64,000 nucleotides of DNA from Bacteroidales bacterium (GCA_038212325.1 JBBQUQ010000002.1:1961-65960), one strand, 5' to 3'; shown: positions 1-10,060, counted from the first letter of the stretch. Notes: a model not told the origin generated them from the sequence alone. Numbers and translations are program-made.

Positions 1-140
1 CAGTAAGAATTTTTTGGGGTATCCATTCACGGAAACGTTCAAGTTTTCCGGTATCTGGAGAAAGAAAGTAGTAATAAACATACCAGCGCGGGGAAAGGAG
101 GCCGCCGGTAAAAAAGCAATTGAAATGTCCTTGAATTCCC

Positions 141-170
141 TTTTGGCTCAAAGGCTCAATTGAGCCAAAA
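141..170. other. perfect 11-bp inverted repeat (hairpin) downstream of the tRNA
   Basis: TTTTGGCTCAA (141-151) and TTGAGCCAAAA (160-170) are exact reverse complements around an 8-nt loop. It lies 46 nt beyond the tRNA 3' end. There is no U-tract on the tRNA strand, so a terminator role is only a guess. Confidence 0.3.
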
Positions 171-215
171 AATATGTCGTAACTCGTTGGTTGACAACTT
201 GTTACGACACTTTTG

Positions 216-287
<72 letters not shown>

Positions 288-300
288 CTATATTTTTGCG

Positions 301-308
301 TACCTTTG
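301..308 (+). promoter_or_regulatory. candidate Bacteroidota -7 promoter box (TACCTTTG) upstream of era
   Basis: Exact match to TAnnTTTG, 65 nt upstream of the era ATG. There is no well-spaced TTTG -33 element. Confidence 0.3.
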
Positions 309-372
309 TGCTTTCTTTCGCGGTGCAAAGATAGGGTTTGTTTCCGTGTTATACAACATTCATAAAAAAAAT

Positions 373-1254
373 ATGTCGCACAAAGCAGGATTCGTCTCAA
401 TCATTGGTTATCCGAATGTTGGGAAATCCACACTCATGAATGCCCTGCTGGGGGAAAGGCTTTCGATCATCACACCGAAAGCGCAGACTACCCGCCACCG
501 CATCATGGGGATTTTCAGCGGGGATGATTACCAGGTTGTTTATTCTGACACCCCCGGCGTGATCAATCCGCATTATAAACTGCACCGGGCCATGATGTCG
601 GCCGTTTTCTCCGCACTGGATGATGCCGACGTGATCCTTCTTGTTACCGAGCCAGGCAATGAATTCAAGCAGGAAGATGTTTTACGGAAGCTAAAGGAGA
701 CCACCTCGCCGGTTATCGTTGTCATCAATAAAATCGACCTGGGGAACATGGAGGTGCTGGAGGCAGAGGTCGCGAAATGGATGAAACTCATGGAAAAGGC
801 AACGGTATTGCCTGTTTCGGCATTGCACAACCTCAACCTCGACCAGGTTTTCAAGGCCATCCTTCACCACCTGCCCGAATCGCCGGCATTTTATCCCAAG
901 GATGAGCTGACCGACCGCAGCCAGCGTTTCTTTGTGTCTGAAATTATCAGGGAGAAAATCCTGCTGAACTTTTCGCAGGAGGTGCCCTACTCAACCGAAG
1001 TGGCCGTTGAATCGTTCATAGAGGAAGAACACCTTACCCGGATAACTGCCACAATTTTTGTTGCCAGGGAAACCCAGAAAGGCATCTTACTTGGCCACCA
1101 GGGATCTGCGATCAAGAAATTGGGCACCGATGCCCGCAGAGACATTGAGGCCTTCCTCGACAAGCACATTTTTCTCGAATTGCGGGTGAAGGTCGCCAAA
1201 GACTGGCGCGAAGATGACCGGGCGCTCAAGAGGTTTGGGTACTCGGTTGATTAA
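373..1254 (+). CDS. era: GTPase Era
   Basis: ATG at 373. The track ORF from 160 starts at TTG and reads through the antisense tRNA. Motifs G1 GYPNVGKST, DTPG and NKID are present, with a KH-type C-terminal half; the protein resembles Era over its whole length. Confidence 0.95.
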   Translation: MSHKAGFVSIIGYPNVGKSTLMNALLGERLSIITPKAQTTRHRIMGIFSGDDYQVVYSDTPGVINPHYKLHRAMMSAVFSALDDADVILLVTEPGNEFKQEDVLRKLKETTSPVIVVINKIDLGNMEVLEAEVAKWMKLMEKATVLPVSALHNLNLDQVFKAILHHLPESPAFYPKDELTDRSQRFFVSEIIREKILLNFSQEVPYSTEVAVESFIEEEHLTRITATIFVARETQKGILLGHQGSAIKKLGTDARRDIEAFLDKHIFLELRVKVAKDWREDDRALKRFGYSVD

Positions 1255-1260
1255 TAAGTG

Positions 1261-1290
1261 AATGCAGGCAATGCAGGCAATGCAGACAAT
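1261..1290. repeat. 9-nt tandem repeat, 3.3 copies (AATGCAGGC AATGCAGGC AATGCAGAC AAT)
   Basis: Read directly in the era-der intergenic spacer. Confidence 0.9.
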
Positions 1291-1322
1291 ATAGCAAATT
1301 TTCATATGTTCAAATTTATTTC

Positions 1323-2642
1323 ATGACAAACATCATCGCAATCGTTGGCCGTCCGAATGTTGGAAAATCCACATTATTTAACCGTTTGTGCGGAGGTCGG
1401 GATGCCATCGTTGATCCTACCAGCGGAGTCACACGCGACCGCCATTACGGTCATGGCGACTGGAACGGAAAGTTTTATTCTGTGATCGACACCGGCGGTT
1501 ATGTGCACCAATCGGACGATGTGTTTGAAGATGAGATCAAAAAACAGGTGAAACTGGCCATCGATGAATCGGATGTGATCCTTTTCATGGTGGATGCAAA
1601 AGAGGGGTTGACCGCCATGGATGAGGATGTTGCCAAAATGTTGCGCAGGTCGAAGAAACGCGTTCTGCTCGTTGTCAACAAGGTCGACAGCTATAAAATG
1701 ATCGACGACATTCACGAATTTCACAGGCTCGGCCTGGGTGAAATATATTCGATCGCTTCCACGAGTGGGAGCGGAACAGGCGATTTAATGGATGAGGTAG
1801 TAAAGGGGTTCGAAGAGGTTGAAACAAACGTCGATAACCAGACGCCCCTCGACGATTTGCCAAAAATTGCCATCGTCGGCCGTCCAAACGCCGGTAAGTC
1901 ATCGCTGGTCAATATGCTGCTCGGCAACGAGCGGAACATTGTCACACCGATACCCGGAACAACCAGGGATTCAATTCACACCCATTACCAGTACTTCGGG
2001 CTTGATTTTAACCTCATCGACACGGCCGGAATCAGGAAAAAAGCCAAGGTAACCGAAAACATAGAGTTCTACTCGGTGATGCGGGCCATCCGCTCCATCG
2101 AAAGCAGCGATGTGTGCATTCTGATGGTCGATGCCGAACGGGGATTTGAAGCACAGGACCTGAATATCTTCTCGCTCATCGAAAAAAATCACAAGGGGGT
2201 AGTCATCCTGGTGAACAAATGGGACCTGGTCGAAAAGGAGACGAATACCCATAAATATTTCGAAGAGGCGATTCTTGATCAGGTAAAACCATTCAGCGAT
2301 GTCCCTGTTATTTTTACCTCTGTGGTAACCAAGCAGCGGATCTTTAAAGCGGTGGAAACAGCCATTGAAGTGTACAAGAACCGGTCGAAAAAAATAGGGA
2401 CCTCCGCATTAAATGATTTTATCCTTCCAATTATCCAGGACATGCCGCCCCCTGTTACAAAAGGGAAATATGTCCGCATTAAATATGCAATGCAGCTGCC
2501 TACTGTCTTCCCTTCATTTGCGTTTTTTTGCAATCATCCTCAATACTTAAAAGAGCCGTATAAGCGTTTTATTGAAAATAAGCTCAGGGAAAAATTTAAT
2601 TTCCACGGGGTTCCGATGGAGATTTATTTCCGGCAAAAGTAA
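1323..2642 (+). CDS. der: ribosome-associated GTPase Der/EngA
   Basis: Two tandem GTPase domains (GRPNVGKST...NKVD and GRPNAGKSS...NKWD) followed by a KH-like C-terminus. Confidence 0.95.
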   Translation: MTNIIAIVGRPNVGKSTLFNRLCGGRDAIVDPTSGVTRDRHYGHGDWNGKFYSVIDTGGYVHQSDDVFEDEIKKQVKLAIDESDVILFMVDAKEGLTAMDEDVAKMLRRSKKRVLLVVNKVDSYKMIDDIHEFHRLGLGEIYSIASTSGSGTGDLMDEVVKGFEEVETNVDNQTPLDDLPKIAIVGRPNAGKSSLVNMLLGNERNIVTPIPGTTRDSIHTHYQYFGLDFNLIDTAGIRKKAKVTENIEFYSVMRAIRSIESSDVCILMVDAERGFEAQDLNIFSLIEKNHKGVVILVNKWDLVEKETNTHKYFEEAILDQVKPFSDVPVIFTSVVTKQRIFKAVETAIEVYKNRSKKIGTSALNDFILPIIQDMPPPVTKGKYVRIKYAMQLPTVFPSFAFFCNHPQYLKEPYKRFIENKLREKFNFHGVPMEIYFRQK

Positions 2643-2646
2643 TCTG

Positions 2647-3033
2647 ATGGAAGGCGGCATCCGCATCGATAAATGGCTCTGGGCGGTCAGGGTTTTCAAA
2701 ACCCGCAGCCTGGCTTCAGAGGCATGCCGGTCAGGAAAAGTGAAAATCCTCGACCAGGCGGTAAAGCCATCGCGCGAGATAAAAATTGGCGAGGTGATCA
2801 CGGTGTCGCTACCCCCGATCACAAAAACTGTCAAAGTTGCCGCAGCGATCGCGAATCGTGTTTCTGCGAAGCTGGTGGCGGGCTTTATGGAAGATCTTAC
2901 GCCGGATGCGGAATACATGAAGCTGAAACGACCGGACGAGATGAACTTTGAGTTTCGTGAACGGGGAGTGGGCCGCCCTACGAAGCGGGAGCGGAGGGAG
3001 ATCGAGTTTCTAAAGCTTTACCTCGACGAATGA
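2647..3033 (+). CDS. S4-domain RNA-binding protein (Hsp15/HslR-like)
   Basis: ATG at 2647, just after the der stop. The segment IRIDKWLWAVRVFKTRSLASEACRSGKVKI is a typical S4/Hsp15 N-terminus. The track ORF start at 2572 overlaps der. Confidence 0.8.
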   Translation: MEGGIRIDKWLWAVRVFKTRSLASEACRSGKVKILDQAVKPSREIKIGEVITVSLPPITKTVKVAAAIANRVSAKLVAGFMEDLTPDAEYMKLKRPDEMNFEFRERGVGRPTKRERREIEFLKLYLDE

Positions 3034-3818
3034 TCAGCGAGCGTATACCCCGACTGGCTGACCTGGCCTTTGAAGGAAGAAACAAGGCCTACGGAGCGTA
3101 TTATCTGAGAAAGCGGTATCCCCGTTATTTGCTGATCTCATTCGTATCGGGAGTGTTTGTCGTCTCGCTTGCTGCAATCCTGTCGTGGTTTTATTACTAT
3201 TTTGAACCCGCACCATTGATCGAAGGGGAGATGATGTATGACGTGGAGTATTACAACATGAGCGCACTGCCTGATGATGAGCCCAACAAACTTGCACAAT
3301 CATTTGCCAAGCCGGTGCAGGAGATGGAACAGGTGCCGGTTGTGACTGATTCCACAGTGCCTGATCGTCAGAAACCGGTTGAGGTGCCTCCTGATGAGAG
3401 ACCGGTTGAAAAGACAGAGAATATCGATTCGGCAGCCACCTCAGGGGGCTCGGGCAAGGGCACGGGCATTGGTGATGATACAGGAATTGCCTCCTCCATT
3501 GATGTTTACCCACGCTACCCCGGCGGGGATGAATCGAGGTTGTATTACCTGCGGAGGCAGGTAAAGTATCCTGAAGCTGCCTTAAAAGCCCTGGTGCAGG
3601 GTGTGGTGATGGTGGTTTTTGTCGTCGAAGTCGATGGGTCGGTCACCAATGTCGATCTGGCCAGGAGGATAGGCGGCGGATGCGATGAAGAGGCGATCAG
3701 GGTTGCAAAAGGAATGCCAAGATGGGAACCCGGCAAGCGCAACGGTAAGGCGGTGAGGGTCATGGTGCGCATGCCCATCGTTTTCAGGATTCCTGGTAAA
3801 GGGAACATTGTGAAATAA
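3030..3818 (+). CDS. energy transducer TonB-family protein
   Basis: N-terminal anchor (YGAYYLRKRYPRYLLISF...), a Pro/Glu-rich spacer, and a C-terminal TonB domain (YPRYPGG...YPEAALKALVQGVVMVVFVVEVDGSV...PWEPGKRNGKAV). The ATG overlaps the upstream stop (ATGA). Confidence 0.85.
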   Translation: MISERIPRLADLAFEGRNKAYGAYYLRKRYPRYLLISFVSGVFVVSLAAILSWFYYYFEPAPLIEGEMMYDVEYYNMSALPDDEPNKLAQSFAKPVQEMEQVPVVTDSTVPDRQKPVEVPPDERPVEKTENIDSAATSGGSGKGTGIGDDTGIASSIDVYPRYPGGDESRLYYLRRQVKYPEAALKALVQGVVMVVFVVEVDGSVTNVDLARRIGGGCDEEAIRVAKGMPRWEPGKRNGKAVRVMVRMPIVFRIPGKGNIVK

Positions 3819-3858
3819 AAAAAAGGGCATTAAGCCCTTTTTTTTATTTCACAATGTT
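3804..3858. terminator. bidirectional intrinsic terminator: 25-bp perfect inverted repeat
   Basis: AACATTGTGAAATAAAAAAAAGGGC (3804-3828) and GCCCTTTTTTTTATTTCACAATGTT (3834-3858) are exact reverse complements. A GGGC/GCCC core is flanked by A8 and T8 runs, and the structure sits between two convergent genes. Confidence 0.8.
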
Positions 3859-3875
3859 ATGAAAAAAAACGTTGA

Positions 3876-4124
3876 CTACTTCTTTTCAGGAGTAGTGGCT
3901 GGTGTGGTAGTGGTTTTCTTTGCATCTTTTGAGCAACAGCTTGACCCTTTTTTTGCATCGCTGCATGAAGATTTGGTCTTCTGGTCGCATCCTGCTTTTT
4001 CGTCTTTCGAACACTCTTTCTTATCGGCTGGTTTTGCGGTTTTTTCCTGGGTTTGCGGAGTCTGAGCAAATGTTAAACCTGCGAACAGAACAACAGCGGA
4101 GAATAATAAAACAACTTTTTTCAT
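3876..4124 (-). CDS. small secreted Lys/Thr/Cys-rich protein (hypothetical)
   Basis: Starts at MKKVVLLFSAVVLFAGLTFAQ (signal peptide). The low-complexity mature part carries 5 Cys and ends ...SSCCSKDAKKTTTTPATTPEKK. Its tail motif is shared with the protein at 19158-19559. I prefer it over the overlapping plus-strand ORF at 3859-4065. Confidence 0.55.
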   Translation of the reverse strand: MKKVVLLFSAVVLFAGLTFAQTPQTQEKTAKPADKKECSKDEKAGCDQKTKSSCSDAKKGSSCCSKDAKKTTTTPATTPEKK

Positions 4125-4243
4125 GGTATCTGGGTTTAGTTGGTTACAAACATATTTAGAACGATACAAAATTACATATATTTTTTAGTATGGCAATGAT
4201 ATTTTGTTAAAAAATTGTTAATTAATCCGGATGACACCTACCG

Positions 4244-4696
4244 CTACTCCCTGCTGCGCGAATCAATGATAATAGTCACCGGTCCGTCATTTATGTGGCT
4301 TACCTGCATCATTGCCCCGAAAATTCCTGTCTGCACTGTTTTTCCAAGCAATTGCTGAAGGTGAACAATAAACCTGTTGTATAATGGAATTGCTGATTCC
4401 GGTTTGGCCGCGCGGATGTACGACGGACGGTTTCCTTTTCTTGTGCTGGCATGCAGCGTGAACTGGCTCACAAGTAAAATATCTCCCCCGGCATCGAGGA
4501 TGGAATGGTTCATGATCCCAAGGCCATCGCTGAAAATCCTTAAATTGATTATTTTGGAGCACAGCCACTCAATGTCTGCTTCGTTATCACTCGCTTCAAT
4601 CCCAAGAAGGATAAGCAGGCCCAGGCCGATCTGGCCGGATATTTCATTGCCGATGGCAACGGATGCCTGTGAAACGCGTTGAATGACGACTCTCAT
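4244..4696 (-). CDS. dtd: D-aminoacyl-tRNA deacylase
   Basis: MRVVIQRV..., SQFTL and NDGPVT motifs; whole-length Dtd look. ATG at 4696 (the track M at 4699 is TTG). Confidence 0.93.
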   Translation of the reverse strand: MRVVIQRVSQASVAIGNEISGQIGLGLLILLGIEASDNEADIEWLCSKIINLRIFSDGLGIMNHSILDAGGDILLVSQFTLHASTRKGNRPSYIRAAKPESAIPLYNRFIVHLQQLLGKTVQTGIFGAMMQVSHINDGPVTIIIDSRSRE

Positions 4697-4740
4697 CAAT
4701 TGTTGTCTAAATCACACCTTATAAATAGTAAATAATCTTC

Positions 4741-4748
4741 AAATGTAT
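4741..4748 (-). promoter_or_regulatory. candidate -7 box (TACATTTG on minus strand) for dtd
   Basis: CAAATGTA on the plus strand is TAnnTTTG on the minus strand, 45 nt upstream of the dtd ATG. Confidence 0.35.
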
Positions 4749-4771
4749 AGAAAAGCTCCCTATTATCGTAT

Positions 4772-4800
4772 TTTGCATTCTCGCTTTTATCGTAGCTTTG
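4772..4800 (+). promoter_or_regulatory. candidate Bacteroidota promoter for pdxJ (TTTG -33 at 4772-4775, TAGCTTTG -7 at 4793-4800)
   Basis: Both elements are present with a 17-nt gap. The -7 box ends 17 nt before the pdxJ ATG. Confidence 0.4.
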
Positions 4801-4817
4801 CACCAAACCACTCCGAA

Positions 4818-5534
4818 ATGACCAGTCTCAGTGTAAATATCAACAAGATCGCCACGTTGCGGAATGCACGCGGCGGCAACCTTCCGAATGTGGTAAAAGC
4901 CGCCCTTGATTGTGAAAGGTTCGGGGCGCAGGGCATAACCGTGCATCCCCGGCCGGATGAGCGGCACATCAGGTATAAGGATGTTGCCGACCTGAAACCC
5001 ATGTTAACCACCGAGTTTAATATTGAGGGCTATCCTTCCCGGTCGTTCATTGACCTTGTTGCCGAGATACGGCCTGCGCAGGTCACACTGGTGCCGGATC
5101 CACCGGGGGTGCTGACTTCAAATGCTGGCTGGGATACGATTCAGCATGCATCATTCCTGAAGGAGGTCATAGATGAGTTTCACCTCCATGGGATACGGAC
5201 CTCCGTTTTTATTGAAACCGACCCGTTAATGATCCGGAATGCAGCAAAGACAGGAACCGACCGCATTGAACTTTATACAGAGTCCTATGCAAAATATTTT
5301 GCTTCAGGCAGGGAAGATGCTGTAAGGCCCTTCATAAGTGCGGCATCGGTTGCCATCGAATCGGGACTGGGCGTAAATGCAGGCCATGACCTGAACCTGG
5401 AGAACCTTAGATATTTTGCACACCAGTTGCCGGGGTTGATGGAAGTGTCGATCGGACATGCCCTCATATGCGATGCACTTTATTACGGACTGGAAAATAC
5501 CATTCAGCTTTATTTAAGGCAGCTGCAAAAATAA
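4818..5534 (+). CDS. pdxJ: pyridoxine 5'-phosphate synthase
   Basis: [17 protein letters not shown]...[12 protein letters not shown]... is the canonical PdxJ N-terminus. I chose the ATG at 4818 ([10 protein letters not shown]), which gives a typical length of about 238 aa. Confidence 0.93.
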   Translation: MTSLSVNINKIATLRNARGGNLPNVVKAALDCERFGAQGITVHPRPDERHIRYKDVADLKPMLTTEFNIEGYPSRSFIDLVAEIRPAQVTLVPDPPGVLTSNAGWDTIQHASFLKEVIDEFHLHGIRTSVFIETDPLMIRNAAKTGTDRIELYTESYAKYFASGREDAVRPFISAASVAIESGLGVNAGHDLNLENLRYFAHQLPGLMEVSIGHALICDALYYGLENTIQLYLRQLQK

Positions 5535-5647
5535 CCAGATACGAAGTTGGAATTGGGTCGATGGCAAGAGCCGGTGAACTCGTAATTCTTGTTCATTCGT
5601 AAATAAAATGTAATATTTTATCCCGTTTAATGTATAATATACCCAGT

Positions 5648-6895
5648 ATGAAGAGACTGCCCATAATTGTTTTACTGAATTTGCTCACCTGCATGGTTGT
5701 GTTTTCTGCTGAAAAACCCGGCAAGGTTGAAAAAAGGGCAGCAGCGATCCATCGATCCGTATTTACGGTTGATTCGCATACAGATACGCCTTTGCGCATG
5801 ATGCAAAAGGGGTTTGATATGTCGGTACGGCATGATGCCCGGAAAGAGTATACGAAAGTTGACTTTCCCCGCATGAAGGAAGGCGGGCTCGACGCAGTGT
5901 TTTTCGGCGTGTTTGTTTCGCAGGGACCGCGAAACAATGAGGGGTATGAAAAAGTGCGGGTGAGGGCTGTCATGCTGTTCGATACGATCAGCGCCGTGGT
6001 AAAGAGAAACCAACTCCTCGCTGAAGTAGCGCTTTCACCGGCGGATGCCTACCGGATAGAACAAAGCAATAAGCGTGCGGTTTTCCTCGGTATTGAGAAT
6101 GGATATGCCATTGGCAGGGACCTTTCACTGATCAGCACCTTCTACCTGCGCGGAAACCGGTATATCACACTCTGCCATACAAAGAACAATGATATCTGCG
6201 ATTCATCGACCGATACGATCGAGCACAACGGCCTAAGCCCATTCGGATACGAGGTTGTTCAGGAGTTGAACCATGTGGGGGTGATGGTTGATGTTTCACA
6301 TATTTCAGATAAATCACTGACCGATGTTCTATCCTTTACAAAAACACCGGTGATCGCTTCACACTCCTGTGCAAATGCCCTGTGCGGCAACCCGAGGAAC
6401 CTGTCGGATGAATTGCTCAGGGCCATAGCGAAAAATGGCGGTGTTGTTCAGATGTGCATCCTGAGCGACTATGTAAAAACGCCCCCTCCAAACCCTCCGC
6501 GTGATTCTGCCAGGGCTGCCGTGCGCAAGAAATTCAATGATTTTGACGGATTGAGCGATGATGAAATGAAAGCCGCCCGCATGGAATGGAATTCCGTTAA
6601 TGATCAATTCCCGCAGCAACTGGCCACCGTTTCTGATGTGGCCGACCATATCGATCATATGGTAAAAGTGGCTGGCATTAACCATGTGGGGATCGGGACA
6701 GATTTTGACGGGGGCGGCGGAGTCGATGGCTGCTTTGATGTGAGTGAAATGGGGAACATTACCCTGGAACTCGTAAAAAGGGGCTATACGAAAAATGAGA
6801 TCCGGAAAATATGGAGTGGAAACCTCATGCGGGTGATGCGAAAAACCGACAAAGTTGCCCGGAAATACAAGAACCATTGTGATTGCAACGGCTGA
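5648..6895 (+). CDS. membrane dipeptidase (peptidase M19 family), secreted or lipid-anchored
   Basis: Motifs VDSHTDTP, DVSHISD, ASHS...NPRNLSDE and GIGTDFDGGGG. Signal peptide MKRLPIIVLLNLL.... An alternative ATG lies at 5630. Confidence 0.88.
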   Translation: MKRLPIIVLLNLLTCMVVFSAEKPGKVEKRAAAIHRSVFTVDSHTDTPLRMMQKGFDMSVRHDARKEYTKVDFPRMKEGGLDAVFFGVFVSQGPRNNEGYEKVRVRAVMLFDTISAVVKRNQLLAEVALSPADAYRIEQSNKRAVFLGIENGYAIGRDLSLISTFYLRGNRYITLCHTKNNDICDSSTDTIEHNGLSPFGYEVVQELNHVGVMVDVSHISDKSLTDVLSFTKTPVIASHSCANALCGNPRNLSDELLRAIAKNGGVVQMCILSDYVKTPPPNPPRDSARAAVRKKFNDFDGLSDDEMKAARMEWNSVNDQFPQQLATVSDVADHIDHMVKVAGINHVGIGTDFDGGGGVDGCFDVSEMGNITLELVKRGYTKNEIRKIWSGNLMRVMRKTDKVARKYKNHCDCNG

Positions 6896-7823
6896 CATCA
6901 CCGGTTTGCAGTTTTTTCGCGGGTTGCCCAAAAGCGACCTGCATAACCATTGCCTCCTGGGTGGCCAACGATCAGTAATTGAAAAGCACCTGGGTAAAAA
7001 ACTAAAGACCTTCAAAGCGGAGCGTGGGGGCATTGGCGAGCTGAACAACTGGATAAGAGATGAATTCCGTCCTTTTATTGAATTACCGGGTGCATTCGAA
7101 AAAGCCATAGAAGCGGCATTCATACAGGCAAAGCATGACGGGGTGACCCGACTTGAAATGAGTATTGATGTATTGTTTGGGTCCATGTTTCATATACCTC
7201 CCGAACAGATAGTTGCTGTTTTGAAACACTTCCACCGGCAGGTGGCGCCTGGAATTGATTTCCGGCCCGAATTGGGATTTCCCCGCAACAAGTCATTGAG
7301 GTCTCTGCTTTCAGGCTTTGAGCCGTTTCTTGATCTCAACTATTTCAAATCCATCGACCTTTATGATGACGAATTGGCGCAGCCCATCGCCAATTTCAAA
7401 GAGTTATACCGGTTTGCAAAAAGCCGGGGGATGAAATGCAAGGCGCATGCCGGGGAATTCGGCTCTGCCGATTCGGTCAGAGAGGCAGTTGAGATCCTCG
7501 AACTGGACGCCGTTCAGCATGGCATCGGAGCAGCCGGTTCCCCTGAAACGATGAAATGGCTGGCCGATCATAACATTCAGTTGAACGTTTGCCCAACCAG
7601 CAATATCAGGCTGAAGCGGGTGCGCTCCTTCAAAACCCACCCGATCAGGATTTTGTTTGATCATGGGGTCAAAGTAACCGTCAATACCGATGATGCATTG
7701 GTTTTTGGCGACGGGAACTCAGAACAATACCTGAAGCTTCTGAGGGCTGGTGTGTTTACCTTGGAAGAATTGGAAAAAATCAGGGAAAATGGGTTTGATG
7801 GTACGACAGATCCAGCTACCTGA
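6879..7823 (+). CDS. adenosine/adenine deaminase-family metallohydrolase
   Basis: LPKSDLHNHCLLGG (HxH), KAHAGEFG and VTVNTDDALVF motifs. There is no ATG: candidate starts are GTG 6879 or TTG 6855, and both overlap the end of the dipeptidase gene. Confidence 0.78.
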   Translation: MIATADITGLQFFRGLPKSDLHNHCLLGGQRSVIEKHLGKKLKTFKAERGGIGELNNWIRDEFRPFIELPGAFEKAIEAAFIQAKHDGVTRLEMSIDVLFGSMFHIPPEQIVAVLKHFHRQVAPGIDFRPELGFPRNKSLRSLLSGFEPFLDLNYFKSIDLYDDELAQPIANFKELYRFAKSRGMKCKAHAGEFGSADSVREAVEILELDAVQHGIGAAGSPETMKWLADHNIQLNVCPTSNIRLKRVRSFKTHPIRILFDHGVKVTVNTDDALVFGDGNSEQYLKLLRAGVFTLEELEKIRENGFDGTTDPAT

Positions 7824-8580
7824 TAAATGTAAGCCGCACACTTTCGACGAGGTTCCTGATGTCGGCAGCCTTCTGCTGCGTCATCTTTTTCCCTGATTCA
7901 ATCTCAAAATTGCCCCAGATTGGCTTCAATCGGGAGATCGCTTCGGCAACCGGTTTCATGGTTTCATCGGCCTTATAGGCTTCGAGGATGGTCAGCAGTT
8001 TCATATGGCTCTCTCGCTGTGAAGAGATGACAGCCATGATCATCGTGTTATCTTTGGCAATTGCGCCTAGCGAGGCGGCAAGGTAAAGCCCTTCAGCAAA
8101 ACCGCCGGCAGCAATAAGCACAGCGACCCGTGTTCGGCTGTTGGTTGACAGTGATGGGTCATTAACTCCATCAATGCCCAATTCACCGGCCAGTTTGTTG
8201 GTGCATGCCTGGAATTTACTGGCGTCATCCGTGCGGTTGTAAGTGGCAGCATAGCTGAGATCGGCACTGTAAACCCCCAGGTTAAGGGCCTGACTCATTT
8301 CAGTGGTGTATTTTCCTGAATTCTCAGGGGAGTTTGTGATGTCGGAAATAAAACCGGCTTTGGCTTTATACAGCATCGAGGTAATTTCAAAAGGTGCAGG
8401 AAATGAGGCAAGCTGGCTTTGCAATTCAGGACTTAGCGTCACTTCCGCATGAACGGAATCGCTGCCCGCAGCATTGGCCTGCTCGGTTTGTGCGGGGGGA
8501 TTGTTGCAGCTTGCAAGGGCGATAAAAAGGAGAATCGCAACCATTGCAACCCCGCACCGGATAAATGTTGATACTTTCAT
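7816..8580 (-). CDS. hypothetical lipoprotein
   Basis: Lipobox (LLFIALASC) after a signal peptide. I recognise no family. Confidence 0.6.
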   Translation of the reverse strand: MKVSTFIRCGVAMVAILLFIALASCNNPPAQTEQANAAGSDSVHAEVTLSPELQSQLASFPAPFEITSMLYKAKAGFISDITNSPENSGKYTTEMSQALNLGVYSADLSYAATYNRTDDASKFQACTNKLAGELGIDGVNDPSLSTNSRTRVAVLIAAGGFAEGLYLAASLGAIAKDNTMIMAVISSQRESHMKLLTILEAYKADETMKPVAEAISRLKPIWGNFEIESGKKMTQQKAADIRNLVESVRLTFIR

Positions 8581-8780
8581 AAGGTCGGCTGATGATTTGT
8601 CTCTACTGGGTGAATGATCCCTGCGAAATTAAAGGATTTTTTCAAAAAGAGTTTAAAAAACATTCCCGGATATTGCGGTTTAATAAAAGTGCCGCCTGTT
8701 TGATCATTGAATCCCTTGTGAAAAAACTGTGGTTGAATTGAATATTTTCCGTAATTTTACAATTGCTGTAATATCCCGGC

Positions 8781-10031
8781 ATGAGCAAATTTCAATTTTC
8801 TGTCTTTTTTGCCCTTCTCCTGATCGGCACTGCTGCCTGTAACAAGGTTAACGAAAATGCCTATGTGCCGGTTGCCGTGTCAGAAATCCGCATCGGGGCC
8901 CTTCTTCCTTTATCAGGAACAGGATATTCCTCGGGATTGTCGATGCAGGCATCTCTTGAAATTGCCGCCGAGGATATCAATGCATATTTTGCGACCTCCG
9001 GATTTGATGAAAAACTGGTTGTTGAGATTGTGGATACCCGCACGGATACTGCCGAAGCATTGAAATTGTTGATGTCATTTTATCAAAAAGGTATCCGCAT
9101 GGTTGTCGGGCCTTACAGCAGCGCCGAACTTGCCCACATCAGAAGCTTTGCTGATGCTAACAATATGCTGATTGTCAGCCCTTCCAGTGTCGCGGTCTCC
9201 CTTGCAATTCCCGATGATAACATATTCCGGTTTGTCACATCGGATATCATCCAGGGAAAGGCGATGAGTAAATTACTTTTCGACGACAAAATGAAAGTGA
9301 TCGTTCCGCTGATCCGCGACGATGTGTGGGGCAATGACCTGGTGGCCACAACCAGCGCTGATTTTATCAAAACCGGCGGCATGGTTCACCCCCCAATCAG
9401 ATATGCACCGGGCACAACAGATTTTTCTGCAGTCCTGGATGAACTTGATACCGCAGTCGCACAGGAATTGTCACATCATAATCCCAACGATGTTGCCGTG
9501 TACATGCTGTCGTTTGCTGAAGGAACTGCGATCCTTGCCGCTGCAAAACAGCATTCGCATCTCAACAATGTTTACTGGTACGGGGGCTCGGCTTTTTCCC
9601 GGAATGCATCCCTGCCGGTCGATACAAATGCAGCGCTTTTTGCCTACACACATGGGTTGCCATGTCCGCTGTTCGCATTGGATGAATCAGCTGTTAACAA
9701 TTGGCAGCCTTTGAGCAACAGGATACAGGCCATGATTGGCAGGATTCCCGATGTGTATGCTTTCACTGCATATGATGCACTTTGGGTAATGGTTCGTGCA
9801 AGACGTGCTGCAGGTGACAAGGCCACCATTGACATTTTAAAAGAGGTGTTTGTAATTGAAGCCGGTTATTACTTTGGCGCCTCAGGAAATACACAACTTG
9901 ATTCAAATGGCGACAGGGCCTATGGCAATTATGATTTCTGGGCGATGAAGGCTGACTCGGCGGCCTATAATTGGAAACATGTTGCAAGGTATAATTCGTT
10001 TACGGGAACCCTGCTCAGGCACCCAAGATAG
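8781..10031 (+). CDS. type-1 periplasmic binding-fold lipoprotein (Leu/Ile/Val-binding / ANF-receptor-like solute-binding protein)
   Basis: Lipobox (LLIGTAAC). IRIGALLPLSGTGYSSG...EIAAEDINA... is typical of this fold. No permease or ATPase genes lie adjacent. Confidence 0.7.
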   Translation: MSKFQFSVFFALLLIGTAACNKVNENAYVPVAVSEIRIGALLPLSGTGYSSGLSMQASLEIAAEDINAYFATSGFDEKLVVEIVDTRTDTAEALKLLMSFYQKGIRMVVGPYSSAELAHIRSFADANNMLIVSPSSVAVSLAIPDDNIFRFVTSDIIQGKAMSKLLFDDKMKVIVPLIRDDVWGNDLVATTSADFIKTGGMVHPPIRYAPGTTDFSAVLDELDTAVAQELSHHNPNDVAVYMLSFAEGTAILAAAKQHSHLNNVYWYGGSAFSRNASLPVDTNAALFAYTHGLPCPLFALDESAVNNWQPLSNRIQAMIGRIPDVYAFTAYDALWVMVRARRAAGDKATIDILKEVFVIEAGYYFGASGNTQLDSNGDRAYGNYDFWAMKADSAAYNWKHVARYNSFTGTLLRHPR

Positions 10032-10060
10032 GCCGGGCCGCATGATTTCACGTTCGCGTC

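Noticed and set aside
1-81. Possible 5' end of a minus-strand gene (MFITTFFLQIPENLNVSVNGYPKKFLL...) running off the window
   Set aside because: Only 27 codons are visible, with no recognisable motif. That is too little to support a feature.
3859-4065. 68-aa plus-strand ORF overlapping the small secreted protein gene
   Set aside because: The minus-strand reading has a signal peptide and ends just before the bidirectional terminator. It also shares architecture and a tail motif with a second gene in the window; the plus-strand reading has none of these.
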